64,000 nucleotides of DNA from the NCBI GenBank assembly GCA_965248445.1, contig CBDFJG010000001.1:224001-288000 (forward strand), in the 5' to 3' direction. A program made the position numbers and the translations under genes. The notes under the pieces were generated by a model. It was given only the letters and a program-made list of their open reading frames with translations. It did no database searches and was not told where the DNA came from. This DNA is from Planctomycetota bacterium. Lineage in GTDB: Bacteria; Planctomycetota; JAJSAM01; JAJVHW01. Below are positions 46,531-56,528 of this stretch, in pieces (position 1 is the stretch's first letter; the number at the start of each line of letters is the position of its first letter).

Positions 46531-48199
46531 CCCGAATCGTTCACCAGCCGGGAATCTGAGCGGGCCGTCGTCTGTCTAAGTGCTCGTACGCGCCAGTACT
46601 TGCACCGACAGGAGCGCCGGCCCGATGACGACAGACTGTAGCCCGCAGGGGACCCTCTTCGCGGGCATCTGTGGACGCACCGCGGTGACGCGCTTCGACG
46701 CCGGTACCCTGACGAGCGACGGGGGCGTGCTGCTGCTCGAGCGGGTCGATCGTCGCATCGATCTGCTCTCGCGGTTTGCGCGCTGCTTCGGGGACCACCG
46801 GGACCCGCGTCGGGTCGAGCACACGGTCGGCCAGATGCTGCGTCAGCGGGTCTTCGGGCTGTGCGCGGGCTACGAGGATCTGGTGGACCACGACCATGTC
46901 GGCAAGGACCCGCTGTTTGCCGCGGCGTGCGGCAAGCGCGAGGGTGCTCTGGCCACGCACCCGACGCTCTCGCGGCTCGAGACCACGCAGCTCGGCGCCA
47001 CGGCACAGACGCGCTACGCCAAGATCGAGATGGACCAGGAGCGCGTGGACAGCGTGCTCAGCGACGTCTTCTGCGAGGCCATGGGGCCGGAGGATCCGGG
47101 CCTGCTCGTGCTGGACCTGGACCACTCCGACGTGCGGCTGCACGGCCGGCAGGAGGGCCGCTTCTTCCACGGCTACTACGGGCACTACTGCTACCTGCCG
47201 CTGTACGTCTTCTGCGGCGAGCACCTCTTGCTCGCTCGGCTCCAGACCGCTGACAGAGATCCCGCGCGCGGAGTCGTGGACGAGCTCCGTGCGCTGGTCT
47301 TACGTCTGCGGCGCCGCTGGCCCCGGGCCAAGGTGCTCGTGCGCGCAGACTCGGGCTTTTGCCGCGAGGAGCTGATGGCCTGGTGCGAGGCCGCCGGCCA
47401 CTTCTACCTGCTGGGCATGGCGCGCAATGAGCGCCTTGAGCGACACGTCGAAGACGCGCTCGATGAGGCCGCAGCCCGTGCCGTGCAGACCGGCCGAGCA
47501 GCCCGGGTCTTTCGCGACTTTGCCTGGACCACGCTGGGGAGCTGGAGCCAGAGGCGTCGCGTGGTCGCCAAGGCCGAGCACCTGCCGGGCGGCAAGCGCA
47601 ATCCCCGCTTCGTGGTGACCAATCTGCCGCCTCGTAGCTGGAGCAGCAAGCGTCTCTACGAGCAGCTCTACTGCGCCCGGGGCGAGGCGGAGAATCGCAT
47701 CAAGGAGCAGCAGCTCGAGCTCTTCGGCACCCGTCTGTCGGTGCACACGATGCAGGGCAACGCCGTGCGGATGGCCATGTCGGCCATGGCCTACGTCCTG
47801 ACCTGTGCGCTGCGACGCATCGGTCTCGCCGGCACCGAGATGGCGCGTGCGCAAGCCGGCACGATCCGCCTGCGGCTGCTCAAGATCGGCGCGCTCGTGC
47901 GGATCACGACGCGCCGGATCTGGGTCTCGATGTCCTCGTCGTGGCCCTGGCAGCACGTCTTCGAGCGCTGCGCGCAACGACTGCTGGCATCCCCGAAGCC
48001 GACCTGACGTCCCGCCGCGCCGTCCGCCACACCACCGCCCGGCCTACGGTCTGCCCACACCGCAGAATCCGCGCCGTTTCGGCCGCTCACTCGCGTTGCC
48101 CTTGTGGCAACGACGACAGCATCCGCCCTCGCCTGGCCAAGATCTGACCCTGTGGACTCCGAAAGCACCGTCATCGCGACGTCTCGTGAACAGATGCGG
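46531..48199 (+). mobile_element. IS1380-family element, copy 1, 1669 bp
   Basis: Ends CCCGAATCGTTCAC / GTGAACAGATGCGG shared with the inverted copy at 52355-54023; flanks CTAA / TTAG. Confidence 0.93.
46625..48007 (+). CDS. IS1380 family transposase
   Basis: TSDGGVLLL, GYEDLVDH, LDLD, HGRQEG, RADSGF, YCARGEAENRIKE. Confidence 0.95.
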   Translation: MTTDCSPQGTLFAGICGRTAVTRFDAGTLTSDGGVLLLERVDRRIDLLSRFARCFGDHRDPRRVEHTVGQMLRQRVFGLCAGYEDLVDHDHVGKDPLFAAACGKREGALATHPTLSRLETTQLGATAQTRYAKIEMDQERVDSVLSDVFCEAMGPEDPGLLVLDLDHSDVRLHGRQEGRFFHGYYGHYCYLPLYVFCGEHLLLARLQTADRDPARGVVDELRALVLRLRRRWPRAKVLVRADSGFCREELMAWCEAAGHFYLLGMARNERLERHVEDALDEAAARAVQTGRAARVFRDFAWTTLGSWSQRRRVVAKAEHLPGGKRNPRFVVTNLPPRSWSSKRLYEQLYCARGEAENRIKEQQLELFGTRLSVHTMQGNAVRMAMSAMAYVLTCALRRIGLAGTEMARAQAGTIRLRLLKIGALVRITTRRIWVSMSSSWPWQHVFERCAQRLLASPKPT

Positions 48200-48334
48200 T
48201 TAGGCTCCTTCAAAGGCGCCGGAGCGAGCCGGAAGGGTGCCTGGCGCGCTTGGGAGGGAACCGCACGGGAGCCGCGGTTCCGACGACCTCGGCCGCCGCG
48301 CCGTCGTGCGGTTCCTCGCGGGGAGCCGCGGAGC

Positions 48335-48445
48335 CCACGTGTGTGTCCCCACGTCTCCGGCCAGCGTCTACCACGACAGGCGACGCCGGGAGAACGGTCG
48401 GGCTCCTCGAAGTCTGGCAACTCCTGGGCTATGTCGAACACCGCG
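48335..48445 (+). pseudogene. Decayed tyrosine-integrase C-terminal remnant
   Basis: Across one frameshift reads VCPHV/LRPASTT..LLEVWQLLGY, resembling HxLRH..LLGH; converges on the tRNA-Asp 3' end. Confidence 0.4.
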
Positions 48446-48636
48446 AGGATTTCGGTGCTGGACTCGTGCGAGAGGCGCTCGGGAACGCGGGCGTGCGATC
48501 AAGGAGCCGATCGCCACGACCAGACGGCCGGCGATATCGGGCAGATTCGCATACAGGTGACATACGGCGGCTCGGGGCGCACCTGAAACGATCGCGGCCC
48601 GCAGACATAAATGCCTACGGGCCAGTCGTTTAGTAG

Positions 48637-48713
48637 TGGCGAGGGTGACGGGAATCGAACCCGCAACCTCCGGATCGACAGTCCGGTGCTCTAACCAATT
48701 GAGCTACACCCCC
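48637..48713 (-). tRNA. tRNA-Asp (GTC)
   Basis: Cloverleaf GGGGGTG..CCGGA-CTGTCGA-TCCGG..CACCCTC-G-CCA. Confidence 0.97.
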
Positions 48714-48740
48714 GCTTTGTCACGCTGCCGCTCGCTGGTT

Positions 48741-48817
48741 TGGTGGGCGATACAGGACTCGAACCTGTGACCCCGTGCGTGTAAAGCACGTGCTCTAACC
48801 AGCTGAGCTAATCGCCC
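48741..48817 (-). tRNA. tRNA-Val (TAC)
   Basis: Cloverleaf GGGCGAT..CGTGC-TTTACAC-GCACG..ATCGCCC-A-CCA. Confidence 0.97.
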
Positions 48818-49087
48818 CTTTGATGGCCCGCCGAGCCGAGGGCTCAGCACCGTCTCACGGGCCCTCTGTCGCGGCGGTCGGGCCGCCGGTCGCGAGAGGG
48901 CGGTACATCTTCGTGAGCGCGCGCGGAGGGTCAACTTCTGCGCGCGAGGCGCGCCCGAGGCTCGGAGGCCGGGCAGCGTAGGGTTTGCGCGGCGTCGCAG
49001 GCGGGGTCGGGATAGCCTCTCGGGCTTCGACGCCGGGTGCCACTGGAAAGGCGCCGCAGACCGCGTCAGGTGAGTGGGGAGACTCTC

Positions 49088-50389
49088 ATGCGCATCGCCA
49101 TCATCGGAACCGGGTACGTGGGGCTCGTGGCGGGTACCTGCTTCGCCGAGACGGGCAACGACGTGGTGTGCGTGGACAAGGACACGACCAAGATCGACGG
49201 CCTGAAGGATGGCGTGATCCCGATCTACGAACCGGGCCTCGAGGAACTGGTCAAGCGCAACGTCGCCGAGGGACGGCTGACATTCACCACCGACCTCGAC
49301 GAGGCCGTCAAGCAGGCGCTGATCTGCTTCATCGCGGTCGGGACCCCTCCGGGCGATGACGGGAGCTCCGACCTGACCGCCGTCCTCGCCGTCGCGCAGT
49401 CGATCGGCCGCGCGATGAACGGCTTCAAGGTCATCGTCGACAAGAGCACGGTGCCCGTCGGCACAGCCCGCCGGGTCGCGGATGCGCTCCGCCGCGAAAC
49501 CGAACACCCGTTCGACGTCGTCAGCAATCCCGAGTTCCTGAAGGAGGGCGCCGCGATCGACGACTTCCTGAAGCCCGACCGCGTCGTCATCGGCTGCGAC
49601 GACCCGCGCACGGCGGACATCATGCGCGAGCTCTACGCGCCGTTCGTCCGGACCGGCAAGCCGATCCTCGTGATGGACGTCGAGAGTGCGGAGCTGACGA
49701 AGTACGCCGCGAACGCCATGCTCGCAACGCGCATCTCCTTCATGAATGAGATGGCGACGCTCTGCGAGCGTCTGGGTGCCGACGTGAACGCCGTCCGCAA
49801 GGGCATCGGGCTCGACTCGCGCATCGGCATGAGCTTCCTCTTCCCCGGCATCGGGTACGGCGGCTCGTGCTTCCCCAAGGACGTCAAGGCGCTCGTCAAG
49901 ACCGCCGGGGACGGCGGGTATGAACTGCGGATCCTGCAGTCCGTCGAACGCGTCAACGAAGAGCAGAAGAAGTGGCTCCTTCGCAAGGTCGACGGGCACT
50001 TCGGCGACGTCGCGGGCAAGGTGTTCGGGCTGTGGGGTCTGTCTTTCAAGCCGCGTACGGACGACATGCGAGAGGCTCCGGCGATCGTCGTCGTCAACGG
50101 ACTGCTGGAGCGAGGCGCGACGGTGCGGGTGTCCGATCCGGTCGCGATGACCGAGGCGCGTCGTCACTTCGAGGACCGCGTCACGTACTGCGAGAACCAC
50201 TACGACGCGCTCGACGGCGCCGATGCGCTGATCGTCTGCACGGAGTGGAACCAGTTCCGCAACCCCGACTTCGACCGCATCCGCTCGCTGTTGCGTGCGC
50301 CGAATGTGTTCGACGGCCGCAACATCTACTCGAGCGCCCACCTGGCGGATCGCGGCTTCACGTACTTCGGCGTCGGCCTCGGCCGCTGA
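49088..50389 (+). CDS. ugd: UDP-glucose 6-dehydrogenase
   Basis: IGTGYVG, KSTVPVGT, SNPEFLKEG, GYGGSCFPKD, FKPRTDDMRE. Confidence 0.95.
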   Translation: MRIAIIGTGYVGLVAGTCFAETGNDVVCVDKDTTKIDGLKDGVIPIYEPGLEELVKRNVAEGRLTFTTDLDEAVKQALICFIAVGTPPGDDGSSDLTAVLAVAQSIGRAMNGFKVIVDKSTVPVGTARRVADALRRETEHPFDVVSNPEFLKEGAAIDDFLKPDRVVIGCDDPRTADIMRELYAPFVRTGKPILVMDVESAELTKYAANAMLATRISFMNEMATLCERLGADVNAVRKGIGLDSRIGMSFLFPGIGYGGSCFPKDVKALVKTAGDGGYELRILQSVERVNEEQKKWLLRKVDGHFGDVAGKVFGLWGLSFKPRTDDMREAPAIVVVNGLLERGATVRVSDPVAMTEARRHFEDRVTYCENHYDALDGADALIVCTEWNQFRNPDFDRIRSLLRAPNVFDGRNIYSSAHLADRGFTYFGVGLGR

Positions 50390-50494
50390 GCCCGGCCCCG
50401 GACGTGAGCGGCCCCTGCCGTTGACGCAGCCGCCTTCGCCGCTAGGGTCAACTACTGTCCCGGAGGGGGGGCAGGGCTAGTCAGGGGGCTCTCC

Positions 50495-52354
50495 ATGCGA
50501 GCGACGGTCGTGCTGGTGCGGGCTGCGGGAGTGTTCCTCCTGTGCTTCGCGCTGACCGGCCAGGCCCACGCGCACGGCGGCGCGTACCAGCCGCCTCCCA
50601 AGCCCGTGCCCGGACGTCCCGATCCCGGTCCCGGAACTGGCGGCGGGGGCGGCCTGCCGCACGGCGGCGGATCCGACGACCGCGGTCCGATCACCGGCCG
50701 GCCGGGCGGCAGCGTCGGAGCGCCGTCGACGCCGCCGGGTACGACAGGCGGACCGGCACCGCCGACGAGTCTCCCCGGCAGCGCCCGCCGCAACGGCGTC
50801 GGACTCTCCGTTGTGGACTTCAACTCCGTCGAGTGGGCGCGTTGGTGGTTCGCGAACCGCATGCGACTGATCGGTCAGCCGTTGCGCGCCGGCCCGGACA
50901 TGCGGGACGTGACGCCGTCGGCCCGCGACCTTCGAGCCGATCGCATGTGGCGGGCGGAGGCGCAGTCCGTTCTGCACGAGGCGCTCGCCGACGAGCATCG
51001 CTCGATCGCGTCCGCGGCCGCTATCGCACTCGGCAAGTCGGGGGACGCGACCGAGTCGGAGTCGCTCCTTCCGGTGCTGAAGGACCAAGACCGACACATC
51101 ACGGTGCGCGAGGCGGCTGCCCTCGGCTTGGGCCTGCTACCGGTCGAAGACGGCGCGGCGCGCAGCCGCGTCCGCGTGGCGCTCGAGGTCGTCGCGCAGG
51201 ACAACCGCGAGTCCGACCGTCTGCGCTCCATGGCGCTCTACGCACTCGGGATGCGCGGCGATCTGGCCGCGGTGCCCGTGATCCTGACGGCTGCGACCGG
51301 CGGCGGACGCACGTGGGACGTACCGGCGGCGGGTGTCGCCGCCCTCGGCCTGACCCGCTGCGACCTGACGATCCCGGATCTCGTCGAGTTGCTCGAGGGA
51401 CCGCGCCGGCGCAAGTCTCGCGAAGCGGTGCGGCGCGCGTACGCCGCGCACGCCCTCGCACTCATCGGAGACCCCGCGGTGGCGCCGGCGCTGCGGCGCG
51501 CCGCGCTCGGCAAGGAGGAGCACGCCAAGCGCGCGGCCACCCTGGCCCTGGGCGCGGTGGCGACCCCGGAGGACTCGAAGTCGATCGACGTCCTCGTCCA
51601 CAACGTGCACAGGAGCCGCGACGACGCAACCCGCGGCATGGCGCTGCTCTCGCTGGGGCGGGTCGGGGGGAAGCGCGCGCGCGACGCGCTTCGCTGGGCG
51701 TATCTCAAGGGCGGCAAGTCGCTGCGACCGTTCGGTGCGATCGGACTCGGCCTCCTGGCACGGCATCCTGGCTTTGAGAGCGTGACCGGCCTGCTCTTGC
51801 ACGACCTCGAACACCGCAAGGACCCCGAGCGGCTGGCCGCGATTTGCGTCGCCATCGGACTCGCGGGCGAGGGGCGGGCCGCCGAAGACCTGCGGCGGTT
51901 GGTCGGCGAGCAGCGTCACACGGCACTGCAGGCACATGCGGCATTCGCACTCGGACTTGTGGGCGACCGCAAGAAGGGCGCACCGCTGCTGCGACAGGTC
52001 CTTCGGGACACGCACGACGAGCACCTGCGTCGCGAGGCCGCCATGGCGCTCGGGCTGATGCGCGACCGCGAGGCGGTCGGCATCCTGGCCGAGATGGTCC
52101 GGACTGAGGACGTCGCGTACGTGCAGGGCTCCGCAGCCCTGGCGCTCGGGCGTATCGGCGGACCGGAGGCGGCGGACGAACTGATGGAACTCGCCCGCGA
52201 GAAGGACGGGCCCCGCATGGCGCGCGCGATGGGCGTCGTCGGGCTCGGTCTGCTGCTCGACCGTCAGGAGGGAGCGCAACTGGCAGCGATCGGCGCCGAC
52301 CTCTCCTGGTACCTGTTCACGCCGACCGTGCTTGAGATCCTCACGATCCACTAG
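50495..52354 (+). CDS. Secreted HEAT-repeat protein with Pro/Gly-rich N-terminal linker
   Basis: Signal peptide ending AHA-HGG; many R..AA.ALG units; its stop is the CTAG beside IS1380. Confidence 0.85.
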   Translation: MRATVVLVRAAGVFLLCFALTGQAHAHGGAYQPPPKPVPGRPDPGPGTGGGGGLPHGGGSDDRGPITGRPGGSVGAPSTPPGTTGGPAPPTSLPGSARRNGVGLSVVDFNSVEWARWWFANRMRLIGQPLRAGPDMRDVTPSARDLRADRMWRAEAQSVLHEALADEHRSIASAAAIALGKSGDATESESLLPVLKDQDRHITVREAAALGLGLLPVEDGAARSRVRVALEVVAQDNRESDRLRSMALYALGMRGDLAAVPVILTAATGGGRTWDVPAAGVAALGLTRCDLTIPDLVELLEGPRRRKSREAVRRAYAAHALALIGDPAVAPALRRAALGKEEHAKRAATLALGAVATPEDSKSIDVLVHNVHRSRDDATRGMALLSLGRVGGKRARDALRWAYLKGGKSLRPFGAIGLGLLARHPGFESVTGLLLHDLEHRKDPERLAAICVAIGLAGEGRAAEDLRRLVGEQRHTALQAHAAFALGLVGDRKKGAPLLRQVLRDTHDEHLRREAAMALGLMRDREAVGILAEMVRTEDVAYVQGSAALALGRIGGPEAADELMELAREKDGPRMARAMGVVGLGLLLDRQEGAQLAAIGADLSWYLFTPTVLEILTIH

Positions 52355-54023
52355 CCGCATCTGTTCACGAGACGTCGCGATGACGGTGCTTTCGGAGTCC
52401 ACAGGGTCAGATCTTGGCCAGGCGAGGGCGGATGCTGTCGTCGTTGCCACAAGGGCAACGCGAGTGAGCGGCCGAAACGGCGCGGATTCTGCGGTGTGGG
52501 CAGACCGTAGGCCGGGCGGTGGTGTGGCGGACGGCGCGGCGGGACGTCAGGTCGGCTTCGGGGATGCCAGCAGTCGTTGCGCGCAGCGCTCGAAGACGTG
52601 CTGCCAGGGCCACGACGAGGACATCGAGACCCAGATCCGGCGCGTCGTGATCCGCACGAGCGCGCCGATCTTGAGCAGCCGCAGGCGGATCGTGCCGGCT
52701 TGCGCACGCGCCATCTCGGTGCCGGCGAGACCGATGCGTCGCAGCGCACAGGTCAGGACGTAGGCCATGGCCGACATGGCCATCCGCACGGCGTTGCCCT
52801 GCATCGTGTGCACCGACAGACGGGTGCCGAAGAGCTCGAGCTGCTGCTCCTTGATGCGATTCTCCGCCTCGCCCCGGGCGCAGTAGAGCTGCTCGTAGAG
52901 ACGCTTGCTGCTCCAGCTACGAGGCGGCAGATTGGTCACCACGAAGCGGGGATTGCGCTTGCCGCCCGGCAGGTGCTCGGCCTTGGCGACCACGCGACGC
53001 CTCTGGCTCCAGCTCCCCAGCGTGGTCCAGGCAAAGTCGCGAAAGACCCGGGCTGCTCGGCCGGTCTGCACGGCACGGGCTGCGGCCTCATCGAGCGCGT
53101 CTTCGACGTGTCGCTCAAGGCGCTCATTGCGCGCCATGCCCAGCAGGTAGAAGTGGCCGGCGGCCTCGCACCAGGCCATCAGCTCCTCGCGGCAAAAGCC
53201 CGAGTCTGCGCGCACGAGCACCTTGGCCCGGGGCCAGCGGCGCCGCAGACGTAAGACCAGCGCACGGAGCTCGTCCACGACTCCGCGCGCGGGATCTCTG
53301 TCAGCGGTCTGGAGCCGAGCGAGCAAGAGGTGCTCGCCGCAGAAGACGTACAGCGGCAGGTAGCAGTAGTGCCCGTAGTAGCCGTGGAAGAAGCGGCCCT
53401 CCTGCCGGCCGTGCAGCCGCACGTCGGAGTGGTCCAGGTCCAGCACGAGCAGGCCCGGATCCTCCGGCCCCATGGCCTCGCAGAAGACGTCGCTGAGCAC
53501 GCTGTCCACGCGCTCCTGGTCCATCTCGATCTTGGCGTAGCGCGTCTGTGCCGTGGCGCCGAGCTGCGTGGTCTCGAGCCGCGAGAGCGTCGGGTGCGTG
53601 GCCAGAGCACCCTCGCGCTTGCCGCACGCCGCGGCAAACAGCGGGTCCTTGCCGACATGGTCGTGGTCCACCAGATCCTCGTAGCCCGCGCACAGCCCGA
53701 AGACCCGCTGACGCAGCATCTGGCCGACCGTGTGCTCGACCCGACGCGGGTCCCGGTGGTCCCCGAAGCAGCGCGCAAACCGCGAGAGCAGATCGATGCG
53801 ACGATCGGTCCGCTCGAGCAGCAGCACGCCCCCGTCGCTCGTCACGGTACCGGCGTCGAAGCGCGTCACCGCGGTGCGTCCACAGATGCCCGCGAAGAGG
53901 GTCCCCTGCGGGCTACAGTCTGTCGTCATCGGGCCGGCGCTCCTGTCGGTGCAAGTACTGGCGCGTACGAGCACTTAGACAGACGACGGCCCGCTCAGAT
54001 TCCCGGCTGGTGAACGATTCGGG
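52355..54023 (-). mobile_element. IS1380-family element, copy 2 (inverted), 1669 bp
   Basis: Reverse complement of copy 1 with about three substitutions seen; CTAG on both sides. Confidence 0.93.
52547..53929 (-). CDS. IS1380 family transposase
   Basis: Two amino-acid differences from copy 1. Confidence 0.95.
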   Translation of the reverse strand: MTTDCSPQGTLFAGICGRTAVTRFDAGTVTSDGGVLLLERTDRRIDLLSRFARCFGDHRDPRRVEHTVGQMLRQRVFGLCAGYEDLVDHDHVGKDPLFAAACGKREGALATHPTLSRLETTQLGATAQTRYAKIEMDQERVDSVLSDVFCEAMGPEDPGLLVLDLDHSDVRLHGRQEGRFFHGYYGHYCYLPLYVFCGEHLLLARLQTADRDPARGVVDELRALVLRLRRRWPRAKVLVRADSGFCREELMAWCEAAGHFYLLGMARNERLERHVEDALDEAAARAVQTGRAARVFRDFAWTTLGSWSQRRRVVAKAEHLPGGKRNPRFVVTNLPPRSWSSKRLYEQLYCARGEAENRIKEQQLELFGTRLSVHTMQGNAVRMAMSAMAYVLTCALRRIGLAGTEMARAQAGTIRLRLLKIGALVRITTRRIWVSMSSSWPWQHVFERCAQRLLASPKPT

Positions 54024-55338
54024 CTAGGGTGGAAAGGGCCGAGCTATGATGGCTAAATTGCTGCCACTCCTGGTGATTGCGAGGGTGACATGACACACAA
54101 GTCTGCGATCCCGCATATCCGGCAGGGCGCTCCACCGCACGAGAACCAGCAAACTGCGTACCCAACCACGAGAAGTACTCTTCCAACAACGCGCTTGCGA
54201 TTGGATCGCGTGGCACGTCGGGGGTTACTTGGTGACGGGTGGCGAAGAAAAAAGACCGACTGCGCGTCAACCGCGCAGTCTCTGCGGCCAACAGAGTCGA
54301 GGCCGCCTCGGCTGGTCGCTCGCGTTCGGCGACCTCGCGACCCGTCCCGAGGTCTTCGAGCGCGACTGCGCCCGCCGCTAGCGTGAGCAGTTCACCAACA
54401 TCTGCGTAGGTGTGTCCGCCATTTCGAGCCCCAATCGTAACGGTGTCCAACCATCGACCGCGATCCCCTTGCGTGTAGACCAGCCCGTCCGCCGTTGCAA
54501 CCATGCGCCACGGAGGTCGCGAGACCACCGTAATCCACGGCCCTTCAAGTTCCTTCAGCGTCTTCTCTACGACGCGACGACTCGCTCCCAGTGTTTCGAC
54601 AATCAAGACACGTACACCGCTTGCCTCGGCATCCGTGCCGCGCAACCAAGATGGTGGTAGGCCCTCGCGGACCTTGACGTTGCCCAGGGGCAGGGCCGCG
54701 AACTCCATCTGCATGGCGCCGGATCGAACGAGAAGACCCTGGTCGCGCGCTTCTGCAGGCGCGCTCCGTAGTCGGGGGAGCACCTGTATTGGCAGCGTTC
54801 CGAGCAACTTAATCAGCTCTGTGTCGCGGCGCTCACTCGCGTTGGGGAGATACACCACCGCACGCTCACCATTGGCAGAGAGCGCCCGCACAGTGAGCGC
54901 AACACGCTTCATCCACTGGTCACGTTCAGACCCCGGTGCCGTCGGGCCGATGCCGAACGTCCCTGCGAACAAGACGACGCACCGAAGTTCGCGAGGTTCG
55001 GGCCGCGATTGACGCGCGAGTACCGTGGCGAGTCGGTCAAGCCCCCCGAACTTCGAGGACGATGAGCAACCGCAAGGGAGAATCTGACCGCCCAGACCTC
55101 CGATGATGTGCAGGGTATAGAAGGGCGTCGGCTCAACCGCTATGACGGCTTCGCGGACACGATCCACGGCCCGCACGATCCGGGACGCCGCCGGAGAGAT
55201 ACGCGGTCCGGCGTGCACAGCGACCGAGTCCCGCTCCTCAGCTGTGGTGTTCCCTGTGTTGGGAGCGTCGCATGAGGCTAGTGCACTGCAGCCTCCAATG
55301 AGGAGCCCAAGCAAGATGAGAACTCCGGCCGAGCGCAT
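54024..55338 (-). pseudogene. Lipoprotein with 5'-nucleotidase-like N-terminal region and cytochrome c554-like heme domain, truncated by IS1380
   Basis: Lipobox IGGC; GQILPCGC..FGGLDRL; YAGSQTCVSCH..WQQ..HSSALSTL, then IS sequence. Confidence 0.7.
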
Positions 55339-55435
55339 TCAATAGACTCTAGGCGTACACTTCTGGAGTGTCAACCCGAGGTCTCCGCATCGAGACGAGT
55401 TTGTTCGCCGCGGACACCTCCCGCTCACTTGGAGC

Positions 55436-55612
55436 CTACAGCGACCGCTTCAGCGGCAGTCCTCTTCCCTTTCGCATTGCGTTGATCCGCTTCAGGCGCT
55501 GCGCGGGCGTCAGTCCTACCCAGGAATTCTTGCGCTTCTTCTTCGATCTACGCTTCGCTGGCTTCTTCCTGCCGCGCGTTTCCGCTTCCGCCTTGCCATC
55601 TCTCTCCTCCAT
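55436..55612 (-). CDS. Small highly basic protein (58 aa)
   Basis: Hand translation ..RKKPAKRRSKKKRKNSWVGLTPAQRLKRINAMRKGRGLPLKRSL*. Confidence 0.45.
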   Translation of the reverse strand: MEERDGKAEAETRGRKKPAKRRSKKKRKNSWVGLTPAQRLKRINAMRKGRGLPLKRSL

Positions 55613-55633
55613 TCGCGCGCCGACCGTCGTTCT

Positions 55634-55771
55634 TCACGTTCGCCGCAAGCGCCTGAGTGCGTTTGCGATGGTCTTTGCCACCACCTCTCGCGCTGAACCC
55701 GGCGCGCCCCCGCCGAGGAACGGCAGACAGGTACCCTTGCGAATCCTGTCGATGATCAGTTGGATGCTCAC
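55634..55771 (-). pseudogene. Fragment resembling the N-terminus of a SIR2-like (SIR2_2) domain
   Basis: IIDRIRKGTCLPFLGGGA..SAREV then stop. Confidence 0.35.
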
Positions 55772-56153
55772 GCCCTGTGCACCGCCCAGCTCGCCTTGGC
55801 CGTTGGCCGTTCTCGGCGCGCCGGAGGCGGCGGTGTTTCAGCGCCGCCGCCGCTGCACCCTGGATGCGCCAGTCGTCGCCTCGGCACGTGCGCTCCCTCT
55901 CGAGAGTGGCCTTCCCTCACTCGTCGTGGTCGCGACGCGGAATCGCGGTCTCGCGGCACGTCCGACACGCGTGCCCCCCTTCGGGCACGCGCGCTGGTCC
56001 GCCAACGGGCCCGACGAGTCGACTCAGCGTATCGCGATCGACGGTCCTTTGCGACACCTGTGCTGCGTCCGTGGCGCGCCTACAGGGTCGGATCCCGGAG
56101 GATTCGCCGATCGCTCGTGTTTCTCGCGGTCCGGGACGAGACCCGAACGCCCG

Positions 56154-56250
56154 TGACGCCCCGCCCGCGGTGCGCGTCCCCGCCATCGAAGAGCCGCGCG
56201 AACTGGGCGCGCCTGATCCGTCGCCTCTACGAGGTCGATCCGCTGCTCTC
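56154..56250 (+). pseudogene. IS91-family (Y2) transposase C-terminal remnant
   Basis: SRANWARLIRRLYEVDPLL, cut before the usual CxxC. Confidence 0.6.
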
Positions 56251-56528
56251 TTCACGGACTGGCTCACCGGTTATACTCGGCCTGGAGGCTCGGCGTCTCT
56301 CCGAGCCCTGTTCGCCTCGTTCAAGCCGAGACGGGGACGAGAGCACCCTCGGCCTCGCCGAACCCCCAACCGGCCAGTCCCGGGGGAGTGACACCGATCG
56401 CCCTCATCATCCCGGAGATCTGCCGGCGGTGGTCAGCCGCGTGGCGGCTTCGGCAGGATCCCTCTCGATCACTCCTCGGTCAACTCCTACTCTAGGAATC
56501 GACCGAGACGGGGTTGTTCAACACGCTG

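Noticed and set aside
46531..54023. IS1380 composite transposon carrying tRNAs and ugd
   Set aside because: Outer flanks CTAA and CTAG differ; the cargo looks like native chromosome
55436..55771. Selenocysteine or readthrough at the in-frame TGA (55634-55636) joining two small ORFs
   Set aside because: No redox-motif context or evident SECIS hairpin; the two parts look unrelated
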